From a candidate division WOR-3 bacterium (GTDB lineage: Bacteria; Hydrothermota; Tepidihabitantia; Tepidihabitantales; Tepidihabitantaceae), in NCBI GenBank assembly GCA_965649295.1, contig CBFGKH010000007.1, positions 96,230-160,229 on the forward strand: a stretch of DNA of 64,000 nt, in the 5' to 3' direction. Position numbers and translations under genes: made by a program. Position 1 is the first letter of the stretch. Every line of letters begins with the position of its first letter. This document shows, in pieces, positions 47,170-56,046 of the stretch. The notes below the pieces were generated by a model that made no database searches, was not told where the DNA came from, and saw only the letters and a list, made by a program, of their open reading frames with translations.

Positions 47170-48020
47170 ATCTTGCCAATCAGCCGCAAATGAACAGCGT
47201 CAAGGAGATTCAGAATAGCGCGCCGATTGGTGTCTTTGATTCTGGTATCGGCGGTCTAACAGTGGTTCGTTCACTGCGGGCGAGACTGCCGGCTGAGAAC
47301 ATCATCTATTTTGGTGATACGGCCCGGTTGCCCTACGGAACAAAGTCGGCCGAGACGATTGTTCGGTTTGCGGTTGAGGATGCCCAGTTCCTCGTCAGTC
47401 GGGGAGTAAAGCTGGTGGTTGTGGCCTGTCACTCGGCGTCTTCGGTTGCACTGCCCGAGCTTGAACGACGGCTGCCAGTGCCGGTTCTGGGTGTTATCCA
47501 GCCAGGTGCCCGGGCCCTGGTGGCAGTGACCCGGCGTGGTCGCGTCGGAGTCATCGGTACGGCGGCGACAATTCGGGCTGGTGCCTATGTGCAGGCAATC
47601 CGTCAACTGCGCAGTGACATTGAGATTGTCGCGTTGGCAACGCCGCTTCTCGTGCCGCTAGCTGAAGAGGGCTGGCTGGACAATGAGGTGGCACGGGCTG
47701 CGGTCGAGCGCTATCTTTCGCGGCTACGGGACGAGGGCATTGATGCCGTTCTTTTGGGCTGTACCCACTATCCGCTGTTGGCGCCGCTGATTCGGGAGGT
47801 ACTGGGCCCCCAGATAGTATTGGTTGATGCAGCCGAGGAAACTGCCGCTGCCGCCGCGGCGCTGCTTGGGGCCGGTACAGAACAGGCGGCTGGTTCGGAC
47901 CGGCGGGGCAAGTTGACCTGCTATCTTTCAGACCTGGGGCCAAGTTTTGAGACGGTGGGCAGTCGGTTTCTGGGTGAGCCGCTGGGCGAAGTGCTGCGGG
48001 CAACAGTCGGCGAGGGCTGA
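47166..48020 (+). CDS. murI: Glutamate racemase
   Basis: IGVFDSGIGGLTV, DTARLPYGTKS, VVACHSA, LGCTHYP. Confidence 0.96.
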   Translation: MNLANQPQMNSVKEIQNSAPIGVFDSGIGGLTVVRSLRARLPAENIIYFGDTARLPYGTKSAETIVRFAVEDAQFLVSRGVKLVVVACHSASSVALPELERRLPVPVLGVIQPGARALVAVTRRGRVGVIGTAATIRAGAYVQAIRQLRSDIEIVALATPLLVPLAEEGWLDNEVARAAVERYLSRLRDEGIDAVLLGCTHYPLLAPLIREVLGPQIVLVDAAEETAAAAAALLGAGTEQAAGSDRRGKLTCYLSDLGPSFETVGSRFLGEPLGEVLRATVGEG

Positions 48021-48078
48021 TAAGTAAGCAGGGCGACAAGATTCATGAACCAAAACCGCTCCGGAGATGGGAGACCTA

Positions 48079-48786
48079 ATGAGAAGCGACGGCAGACGGC
48101 CGAATGAGCTGCGGCCAGTGAAACTGGAGATGGGCTATCTTGACCATGCTGAGGGTTCGTGTCTGGCAATAGCGGGCAGGACGAGAGTGCTCTGTGCTGC
48201 TAGTGTCGAGCGCCGGGTGCCGCCGTTTCTGGTTAACTCTGGCCAGGGTTGGGTGACAGCCGAGTATGGCTTATTGCCGCGCTCGACCCACGAACGAGTC
48301 GGCCGGGAGACAATCCCGCGTGGCCGGACCCAGGAGATTCAGCGGTTCGTCGGCCGATCGCTGCGAGCAGTTTGTAACCTGGCAGCGCTCGGTGAGCAGC
48401 AGATTATTGTTGACTGCGATGTTCTGCAGGCAGATGGCGGAACCCGGGTACTGGCCTTGACCGGCGGTTTTTGTGCTCTTTGGCAAGCGGTGGCAGGCCT
48501 CGGTCGGGGAATTCGGGTGAGCGATGTTATACTTGAGCACGTCGCGGCAGTCTCAGTTGGGATTGTTGGGGGCGAACTATTGCTTGACCTTGCCTACGAT
48601 GAGGACTCGCGGGCCGACACCGACATGAACGTGGTGATGACCGAGAGTGGGCGGATTGTTGAGGTACAGGCAACCGCTGAGCACATGCCGTTCACGTTTG
48701 AACAATTCCGCCAGTTGTATGAACTTGCGGCTGGCGGTATCAGTGAGCTTATCCGGCTGCAGAAAGCTGCCCTTCAGAAAGGTTAG
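48079..48786 (+). CDS. rph: Ribonuclease PH
   Basis: RSDGRRPNELR, GWVTAEYGLLPRST, GRTQEIQR, DCDVLQADGGTR. Confidence 0.96.
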   Translation: MRSDGRRPNELRPVKLEMGYLDHAEGSCLAIAGRTRVLCAASVERRVPPFLVNSGQGWVTAEYGLLPRSTHERVGRETIPRGRTQEIQRFVGRSLRAVCNLAALGEQQIIVDCDVLQADGGTRVLALTGGFCALWQAVAGLGRGIRVSDVILEHVAAVSVGIVGGELLLDLAYDEDSRADTDMNVVMTESGRIVEVQATAEHMPFTFEQFRQLYELAAGGISELIRLQKAALQKG

Positions 48787-48804
48787 TCCTCAGCCGAAGC
48801 GCCA

Positions 48805-49863
48805 ATGCCCAAGACCCGCAAGGAAGTTGCCAGCACGGCGCCGGCTGCGGCGCACGAAACCGCTGCGGATCCGGTGACGGCAGTTACGACTAGATTTCAT
48901 CGCATCGCCTCAGAACGGTTATGGGGTAAACGGCTAGACAGCTATCTGGTTCAATCTGGCCTTGGTGTTTCGCGCACCCGGGCGGCACAGCTTATCGAGA
49001 AGGGCTGTGTGCTAGTCAATGGTCAGCCGACCAAGCCAAGCTATCGGGTGAAGCCAGGCGACGAGGTGACGGCGGTGTTCGAACGTGAGCCAGAGCTGGT
49101 GATTACACCGCAGCCGATGAAGCTGGCAATCGTCTATGAGGACGAAGACGTGTTGGTGTTGGACAAGCCGGCTGGCATTGTGGTCCATCCGGCCCGGGGT
49201 AATCGCGATCATACTCTCGTCAATGGGCTGCTTTACCACTGTGGCAGTCTGCCTCTGCGACCGGACTCGCTGGTGCGGCCAGGAGTGGTGCATCGTTTGG
49301 ACAAGGACACCACTGGGCTGCTGATGTTTGCTAAAACCGATGCGGCCTTGGCCAGTCTTGGCAGGCAGATTGAGCAGCGGACCGTGGTGCGGGAGTACGC
49401 TGCTTTTGCCTGGGGCGATTTCGAACAGGACGAAGGAACGGTTGATGCACCAATTGGCCGGCACCTGATTGATCGGACTAGGATGGCAGTGACGCCATTT
49501 GCGGCCCGCAGCGCGATTACGACCTACGAGGTGTTTCGACGCTATCCAGCCTGCACCTACCTGCGGCTGCGACTGAAGACAGGTCGTACCCACCAGATTC
49601 GTGTCCACATGCAGCATATCGGCCATCCGATCGTCGGCGACCCCGAATATGGTGGCCGCAGCCCGACAGTCGTGCAGCGGCCGGAGCACCAGTCGTTGTT
49701 CCGAGAGTTGCTGGCGATCATGAAGCGACAGGCACTGCACGCGGCCCGGCTTGGTTTCAACCATCCTCGCACCGGTCGCTACATAGAGTTTACATCGGCC
49801 CTGCCGGCAGATATGGAGCAGTTGCTCTTCTATCTCGAAAAACGGCGGCAGGAACGGCTGTAA
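48805..49863 (+). CDS. RluA family pseudouridine synthase (RluD-like, with S4 domain)
   Basis: RLDSYL, DKPAGIVVHP, VHRLDKDTTG, TGRTHQIRVH, QALHA. Confidence 0.93.
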   Translation: MPKTRKEVASTAPAAAHETAADPVTAVTTRFHRIASERLWGKRLDSYLVQSGLGVSRTRAAQLIEKGCVLVNGQPTKPSYRVKPGDEVTAVFEREPELVITPQPMKLAIVYEDEDVLVLDKPAGIVVHPARGNRDHTLVNGLLYHCGSLPLRPDSLVRPGVVHRLDKDTTGLLMFAKTDAALASLGRQIEQRTVVREYAAFAWGDFEQDEGTVDAPIGRHLIDRTRMAVTPFAARSAITTYEVFRRYPACTYLRLRLKTGRTHQIRVHMQHIGHPIVGDPEYGGRSPTVVQRPEHQSLFRELLAIMKRQALHAARLGFNHPRTGRYIEFTSALPADMEQLLFYLEKRRQERL

Positions 49864-49973
49864 CCGGTGACGAGTTCTTGTGTTGGCTGAGTTTGCTGGC
49901 ACACTCGACTTGAACGACAAGACAATGCCTGGCCAGCCTTGACCGATGCCCGATTAGGCCTAGGATTGAGCCG

Positions 49974-50750
49974 ATGACGGCGCGGGTTCTGGTACTGCTC
50001 GTGTGGCTGGTTGCCGGTTGCGGCCCGGTCTTCGACAGAGGGCCGTTGCCACGACTCGTGGCAACGGACTGGGTTGACGGTGAGACAGCGGTCTATGGCG
50101 TCAGTCGCAATGATTCTTTGCTCTACACGACAACTGTGGTATTGACACTTGACGAAGAAGCTGAGCTAGTACCGGGTAGTGGCCGGCCGATTCCGACGCT
50201 AGTCATGACCAGCATCACCGAGCCGGCTGATGCAGCTGAGTTCTTCTTTGACTCGGTGACGGTGGTGCTGCGGCGAGATTCGCTACTGCCGTTGCGCTCA
50301 GTAAGAGTCATCGAGACGACGGTGGCCGAGTTTCGAGTGACCGCCAGCTACCGGTCGGGAGCAGTGGCAATTCGGAAGGAGACAATTGACGGCGCGACTG
50401 AGGATGTGCTGAACCTGCCAGCGCGGACTTTTGCGAACGATGCAGTGCCGGTGCTGCTCCGGGCAGTGCCGCTTGAGCCGAGTACCACCTTCCGAATCAA
50501 CCTGGCCGTGCCATTGGAATTCCGGACGATTCCGGCACGGGTGCAAGTGCTCGGCACGAGACTGATCGCGACCAAGCTGGGCGATATCCTCTGTCGGGAG
50601 ATAGCCTTGACCACGCCAGGACGGACACTACGTTACTGGTACGAACTGGCAGCGCCGCATCGGTTTGTCGGACTCGTTGACCGCAGCAGTGACCTGCAGG
50701 TGGTTCTCGAAGAGTGGGCGGTGCCGGTTTTGGACAGTGTTGCCGATTAG
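49974..50750 (+). CDS. Beta-rich lipoprotein of unknown function
   Basis: Lipobox VAGC; upstream TTGACC-N16-TAGGAT. Confidence 0.6.
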   Translation: MTARVLVLLVWLVAGCGPVFDRGPLPRLVATDWVDGETAVYGVSRNDSLLYTTTVVLTLDEEAELVPGSGRPIPTLVMTSITEPADAAEFFFDSVTVVLRRDSLLPLRSVRVIETTVAEFRVTASYRSGAVAIRKETIDGATEDVLNLPARTFANDAVPVLLRAVPLEPSTTFRINLAVPLEFRTIPARVQVLGTRLIATKLGDILCREIALTTPGRTLRYWYELAAPHRFVGLVDRSSDLQVVLEEWAVPVLDSVAD

Positions 50751-51001
50751 TGGCACACAGAATCCAGCAGGAGTTGACCACCAAGTTTTCCCTGGTTCGA
50801 GTCGAGGGGAAAACTAGCCGCCACCACCCAGAGAAGATGGCACAATTGGCTGGGTCATCAGAACTCTTGCGTTGACCTCTCTTTCTTCGTGTCTTGGCGT
50901 TGCTGGTGATTGCTGTCTTGTCTGGAACCGGTCTTCCTTCGTCTTTTTGGTCCTGCGGCTGACAGCGTTGACACCCTGAGCTAATCAGCTAGATTACCCC
51001 A

Positions 51002-51808
51002 ATGGCCCGGCGAATTGCGGTTTGTAATCAGAAAGGTGGCGTCGGCAAGACGACGAGCGCCGTCAATTTGGCGGCAGCTCTCGCCATCCGCACCGGTCGG
51101 GTACTCCTGGTAGATATGGATCCCCAGGCTCATGCTACCCTCGGCTTGGGCGTGGACCGGACTCGACTCGCGACCTCGGTCTATGAGGCAATTGTTGAGG
51201 CACAACGGGTTGATGCCGCCATCCTGACCGACCGAGCCGAGCAGCTCGACCTGCTACCAGGCTCAATTGCACTGGCTGGTGCTGAGGTCGAGCTGATTGA
51301 TGCCGAACAGCGTGAGTTTCGGCTGGGTCGGGCTCTTGCCTTGGTCGAGCCGCGCTACGAGTTTATCATCATTGACTGCCCGCCGTCGCTGGGGCTGCTT
51401 ACCCTCAACAGTCTGACCGCAGCCCAGAGTGTGCTGGTGCCGGTGCAGGCCGAATACCTGGCACTGGAGGGAATCTCGCGGCTGCTCGATACGATCAACC
51501 TTGTGCGTCGTAGTCTCAACCCAGCAATTTACATCGAAGGTGTGCTGATTACGATGTACTCAAGCCGGCTCAGTCTGGCTCAGCAGGTGGCCGAAGATGT
51601 CCGGCGTTTTTTCGGGCCACAGGTGTTTGATACTGTCATACCACGTAGCGTGCGGCTGGCAGAGGCGCCAAGCTTCGGCAAGACAATCTTTGGCTACGAC
51701 GGCCATTCAGCCGGGGCAAAGGCCTACTTGGCACTGGCCGACGAGGTACTGGCCCGACATCAGGCCACGGTCAAGCCGGCTGTCACAGAAGTCAATAATG
51801 CTGGCTAA
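51002..51808 (+). CDS. parA: ParA/Soj ATPase
   Basis: NQKGGVGKTT, DMDPQ, DCPPSLG, IPRSVRLAEAPSFG. Confidence 0.96.
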   Translation: MARRIAVCNQKGGVGKTTSAVNLAAALAIRTGRVLLVDMDPQAHATLGLGVDRTRLATSVYEAIVEAQRVDAAILTDRAEQLDLLPGSIALAGAEVELIDAEQREFRLGRALALVEPRYEFIIIDCPPSLGLLTLNSLTAAQSVLVPVQAEYLALEGISRLLDTINLVRRSLNPAIYIEGVLITMYSSRLSLAQQVAEDVRRFFGPQVFDTVIPRSVRLAEAPSFGKTIFGYDGHSAGAKAYLALADEVLARHQATVKPAVTEVNNAG

Positions 51809-51886
51809 ACAGCTTGACCGGTTTCCCTGGCGTCCAGGAGGCCTGAGGGGCGGTCCTGATTGTGGCAGCTGGTATCAGGAGAAAGA

Positions 51887-52732
51887 ATGACCCGCAAGGC
51901 GCTGGGCAAAGGCCTGGACGCGATTATCCCCCAAGAAACGCAGGAGGCCCTTGCCAGTGAGGCGCGGCCGATAGCGATTGCCGAGATTCGGCCCAATCCG
52001 TTTCAGCCGCGGCAGAACGCCGGCGAAGATATTGCCGAGCTCGTCGCCTCGATAAGAGAGAAAGGGGTTATTCAGCCGGTGCTCGTCCGGCGTCGGCGCG
52101 ACGGCTACGAGTTAGTCTCGGGCGAGCGACGTTTGCGGGCAGCGCAGCAGGCCGGACTTGCCAAGATACCAGCAGTTGTGCGGCTCGTTGACGACCGGGA
52201 GATGCTTGAACTGGCACTGGTCGAGAATCTCCAGCGAAAGAATCTGAATCCGGTGGATGAGGCGTTGGCCTACAAACGGTTGGCCGATGAGTTCAAACTG
52301 ACGCATGAGGAGATTGCGCAGAAGGTCGGCAAGGACCGTTCGACAGTTACCAATGCGCTGCGGTTGCTCGAACTGCCGTTCAAAGTGCGCGATGCGCTGG
52401 CAGCCGGGTTGATTACGTCTGGTCATGCTCGACCGTTGCTGGGTGTTGCCAATCGACGGCTGCAGGTTGAGATCTGTGAGCGAATCATCAAGGAAGGTCT
52501 ATCGGTGCGCGCAGTTGAGCGGCTTTGCGGTGAGGCCAGACCGGCCCCGGTGCGGCGGGTTGCGGCCGAGAAAGACATCTATCTTCGCGAGATCGAAGAG
52601 TCACTGCAGGAGTATCTTGGCACGCGAGTCGTCATCCAGCCACTGCGTAGGGGTCTGGGCCGCATTGTGCTTGAATATCACTCGGAGGAAGACCTCAACC
52701 GACTGCTTGGCCGCATTCGACCTGGCCGCTAG
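51887..52732 (+). CDS. parB: ParB/Spo0J partitioning protein
   Basis: KALGKGLDAII, PNPFQPR, GERRLRA, ENLQR, HTH. Confidence 0.96.
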   Translation: MTRKALGKGLDAIIPQETQEALASEARPIAIAEIRPNPFQPRQNAGEDIAELVASIREKGVIQPVLVRRRRDGYELVSGERRLRAAQQAGLAKIPAVVRLVDDREMLELALVENLQRKNLNPVDEALAYKRLADEFKLTHEEIAQKVGKDRSTVTNALRLLELPFKVRDALAAGLITSGHARPLLGVANRRLQVEICERIIKEGLSVRAVERLCGEARPAPVRRVAAEKDIYLREIEESLQEYLGTRVVIQPLRRGLGRIVLEYHSEEDLNRLLGRIRPGR

Positions 52733-52735
52733 TCT

Positions 52736-53491
52736 ATGCCCAATCGGCGCGAGGTTTCATTCCTCGTCACTGCCAACTACACGACCAAGATAATCAAGAC
52801 CACCCAACCACTCTGGCTCGTGCGACTGGTGGTTGGGCTGGTGCTTCTGGTCGGATTGCTGACGGTTGCGGCCTTACTCATCGGTATCTTGGGTGCGGTT
52901 CGGACTGCCGAGCTTGGGTTGCTTCGGCAGCGCAATCGTCAGCTTGAGGCCGAGTTGCGCAAGGTTACTACACTCAGGCAGGAGCTGGCCAGGCTCGAAG
53001 AACAGAGCCAGCGCATGGCCGCATTGCTCGGAGTTGACAAGACTCCTCCGCCCGTCAACTGGGATTCAGTGCCACTCGATTCGGCCAGCCTGCCGGAGTG
53101 GCTGCAGGGTAGTGTTTGGGGCAGCCAGCCGGTGCCAAAGGTCGCCCCGGTTGATAAATACGTAGTATCGCGGGGAGTTGGGCCGCGGCATACTGGGATT
53201 GACCTAGCGGCCGCTGCTGGCAGTCCGGTTCGAGCAACTGCTGACGGAGTTGTCAGCGGCCGCGGCACCGACCGTGTCTTTGGTCGGTTCATCCTCCTTA
53301 GCCACGCCCAGGGCTATCAGAGTTACTATGGTCATCTTGAGGACTGGAATGTGGATAAGGCCGATACGGTCTCTGCTGGACAGACTATTGGCTGGGTCGG
53401 CTCAACTGGGCAATCAACTGCTCCGCATCTGCATTTCGAGATCCGCAAGGATGGCAAGCCAGTTGACCCGGCGACGCTGATTCAGTTCTAG
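52736..53491 (+). CDS. M23 family metallopeptidase (TM + coiled coil)
   Basis: HTGIDLA, YGHL, GSTGQSTAPHLHFEI. Confidence 0.92.
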   Translation: MPNRREVSFLVTANYTTKIIKTTQPLWLVRLVVGLVLLVGLLTVAALLIGILGAVRTAELGLLRQRNRQLEAELRKVTTLRQELARLEEQSQRMAALLGVDKTPPPVNWDSVPLDSASLPEWLQGSVWGSQPVPKVAPVDKYVVSRGVGPRHTGIDLAAAAGSPVRATADGVVSGRGTDRVFGRFILLSHAQGYQSYYGHLEDWNVDKADTVSAGQTIGWVGSTGQSTAPHLHFEIRKDGKPVDPATLIQF

Positions 53492-53632
53492 ATTTGGTTC
53501 GTCGGGTCAAAGTCTGAGTTGGCTGGCCGTCGGTAATATGCGATATGAACCAAGAACTCTTCACACTGAGCAGTCAACGTCGGCAGGTGGCTGCGTTGAC
53601 AGGCTGGGGCGACCTTTTAGAATGGCTCAACT

Positions 53633-54907
53633 ATGATCAAGTTGCGTTCAAGTCTTAGACTTGTTCTGACAAGTGGGTCGCTGATTGCGTTAGCGTTGCT
53701 TTTGTTCGGCTGCGACAACGCCGACAAACGGAGGGTGAAGGTGACCTTCTGGCATGCTATGGGCGGCGAGTCGCAGAAGACACTGAAGCTGATGGTGGAG
53801 CGATTCGAGAAGCTCCATCCGGAGATCGCTATCGAGCTCGTGGGCATGGGTAGCTATGATGCGCTGGCCCAGAAGCTGATGGGCGCGATGGCAGCGAAGA
53901 ACCCACCGACGATTGCCCAGCAGTATGAGAACTGGACCTCCCAGTTGTTGGCCGGGGACCAACTTGTTTACCTCGATTCGTTCGTTTATGGACCGGACGG
54001 AATTGATTCGGCCGAGCTGGCCGACATCTATCCGGCCCTGCTGGCCAACAACTCCTGGAACGGCAGGCTGGTGACGCTACCGTTCAACAAGAGTGTACCA
54101 GTGTACTACTACAACGTAGCGATGTTTGATTCGGCCGGGTACAGTGAGTTTCCGCGAACCTGGCTGGAGTTTCGGACCGCGGTGAATCGGCTAACCAAGC
54201 GCGACGCAAACGGTGTGCCGCTGGTTTGGGGTGCGGCTGGCGGCACTGATATCTGGATTTTCGGCTCGATGCTCTTTCAGAAAGGTGGTAGGTTTGTTGC
54301 CTACGAGGACGGGCCGGCCGAGTTCAACAGCCGACTTGGCGTTGAAGCTCTGCAGTTTCAGGTGGAGATGGTGCTCAATGACCGGGTACAGACGACCGAT
54401 GTCGGCCGGACACCGATGGATGACTTCTTGGTGGGACGAATGGCCTGCCTGACTGGTAGCTCTACCTGGCGGGCGCCGGTCAAAGACAAGGAGCAGTTCT
54501 TGGTGGGGATGGCGCCGGTGCCAATCTGGGACCGGCCGGCAGCTATCATTTATGGCACGAATATCGGCATGTTCAAATCGGCGACTGCTGCTGAGAAGGC
54601 GGCGGCGTGGAAGTTTATCCGTTGGTTTGTGGCGCCGGAGCAGCAGGTGGAGTGGTCGCTTGGCACCTGGTATCTACCGATTCATCGTCGGTCCCTCGAC
54701 GACCCGCGTATTCGGGAGCGACTGGCAGAGACGCCGGGGCTGGCTGCAGCGTACCGGCAGGTTGAGTATGCGGTTTTCGAGCCGAGGGGACTGCGGTGGA
54801 TGGCCGGGCGCAAGGCACTGGTTGAGGAGTTGGAACAGGCGATGCTTGGGGCCAAGACGCCAAAGCAGGCACTGGACGATGCGGCAGCGAGATACGAGCA
54901 ACAGTGA
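53633..54907 (+). CDS. ABC transporter substrate-binding lipoprotein (UgpB/sugar type)
   Basis: Lipobox LFGC, VTFWHAMGG, LPFNKS..YYN, AAWKFIRW. Confidence 0.88.
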   Translation: MIKLRSSLRLVLTSGSLIALALLLFGCDNADKRRVKVTFWHAMGGESQKTLKLMVERFEKLHPEIAIELVGMGSYDALAQKLMGAMAAKNPPTIAQQYENWTSQLLAGDQLVYLDSFVYGPDGIDSAELADIYPALLANNSWNGRLVTLPFNKSVPVYYYNVAMFDSAGYSEFPRTWLEFRTAVNRLTKRDANGVPLVWGAAGGTDIWIFGSMLFQKGGRFVAYEDGPAEFNSRLGVEALQFQVEMVLNDRVQTTDVGRTPMDDFLVGRMACLTGSSTWRAPVKDKEQFLVGMAPVPIWDRPAAIIYGTNIGMFKSATAAEKAAAWKFIRWFVAPEQQVEWSLGTWYLPIHRRSLDDPRIRERLAETPGLAAAYRQVEYAVFEPRGLRWMAGRKALVEELEQAMLGAKTPKQALDDAAARYEQQ

Positions 54908-54945
54908 GCAGGAATACCGAGTTCTGAATCTTCAGTTCGGGAGTG

Positions 54946-55701
54946 CTAGTATTCTACGCTGTCGAGCCAGAGACCGTGCGCTGGTGCAGTTGGGAACGGT
55001 CGGTGGTTGCGGCCGGCGAGAGCAAGGCGGATGTCGGTTCTGGTGATGCGGCCAGCTCCGTAGGCAACGAGCGCACCGACTATCCGTCGGACCATCTTGT
55101 AAAGGAATCGGTCGCCGCGGACCAGGATGGTTAGCTCGTCGTCGGCCGGGGTTAGGTTGATTTCGAATATGGTGCAGCGGCCGCACTTGTCCTTAGTCTG
55201 GCAGAATGCGGCAAAGTCGTGGGTACCAACGAAGAGGGAAGTGGCTGAGTGGAGCCGGTTGATTGCCAACGGGTACTTGAACTCCCATGCCTGGTTGCGA
55301 CGCAGCGGCGAGATGCCGAGGACGATGCGGTAGCAGTAGGTTTTGGCGCGGGCGTCGTAGCGGGCATGGAAGTCAGGCGGTGCGTCAGTAACTCCCTGGA
55401 TGTGGACGGTGTCAGGCAGGTGCCAATTGAGGGCCAGGCGCAGTCGGTCGTTGTCTAAACGAGTGCTGGTATGAAAGCTGGCGACGTAACGGCGGGCAGA
55501 GACGCCGGCATCGGTGCGACCGCAGCCGTAGAGCCGGACTTTTTCGCCGGTGACCTGCCGGATTGCTTCCTCGATGGTGCGTTGGACAGTAGGGCGATTG
55601 GGCTGGGATTGCCAGCCGGCGAAGCCGCTGCCGTCGAACTCGATTATCAGTCGTTTGTTCTGCCGGGGCGCGGGTTGGACAGCGCTATCTGCCGGCAGCG
55701 T
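54946..55701 (-). CDS. truA: tRNA pseudouridine(38-40) synthase; no canonical start codon
   Basis: Continuous frame with IEFDGSGFAGWQ, GRTDAGV, FHARYDA, GTHDFAAF, FLYKMVR, TAPAHGL; only ACG (55701) or CTG (55698) available as starts. Confidence 0.88.
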   Translation of the reverse strand, partial: TLPADSAVQPAPRQNKRLIIEFDGSGFAGWQSQPNRPTVQRTIEEAIRQVTGEKVRLYGCGRTDAGVSARRYVASFHTSTRLDNDRLRLALNWHLPDTVHIQGVTDAPPDFHARYDARAKTYCYRIVLGISPLRRNQAWEFKYPLAINRLHSATSLFVGTHDFAAFCQTKDKCGRCTIFEINLTPADDELTILVRGDRFLYKMVRRIVGALVAYGAGRITRTDIRLALAGRNHRPFPTAPAHGLWLDSVEY

Positions 55702-56044
55702 GTTTGACGCAGAACCGGGCGTAGGGCATCACCTCAAGCCGAGCCTTGGCTATCGGTTTGCCGCAGACGGCACAGATGCCATAGCTGCCGTCTGCAATCC
55801 GCTGTAGCGCCAGGTCAATCTCGCGCAGGGTCTGGTATTCGCGAGAGCGGTGGCGCGACGCCATCTCGCTCTGGAAGCTCTCGGTGCCCTGATCGGCGGT
55901 GTGAGTACGATGACTAGAGAGGTCGCCGGTAACGTCAGGGCCGCTAGCTTCCATCACTTCGCTGGTGAAGCTAGACTGCCGAAGCAGGCGCTGCTTTTCT
56001 TCTAGTAGAAGCTGGTGGAACTTGCGGAGTTCGGCTTTAGTCAT
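55685..56044 (-). CDS. TraR/DksA family zinc-finger protein
   Basis: Coiled coil with HTADQG tip; YGICAVCG..IAKARLEVMPYARFCVKH. Confidence 0.88.
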   Translation of the reverse strand: MTKAELRKFHQLLLEEKQRLLRQSSFTSEVMEASGPDVTGDLSSHRTHTADQGTESFQSEMASRHRSREYQTLREIDLALQRIADGSYGICAVCGKPIAKARLEVMPYARFCVKHAAGR

Positions 56045-56046
56045 GG

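Noticed and set aside
50784..50816. Hairpin containing ggttcgagtc (tRNA T-loop-like)
   Set aside because: No cloverleaf, T-stem or CCA end can be built; at most a simple stem-loop.
50751..50855. Two TGGCAC hexamers as sigma54 promoters
   Set aside because: Neither has GC at the GG-N10-GC position.
50950..53600. parS site near parAB
   Set aside because: No match to the TGTTTCACGTGAAACA-type palindrome noticed by eye.
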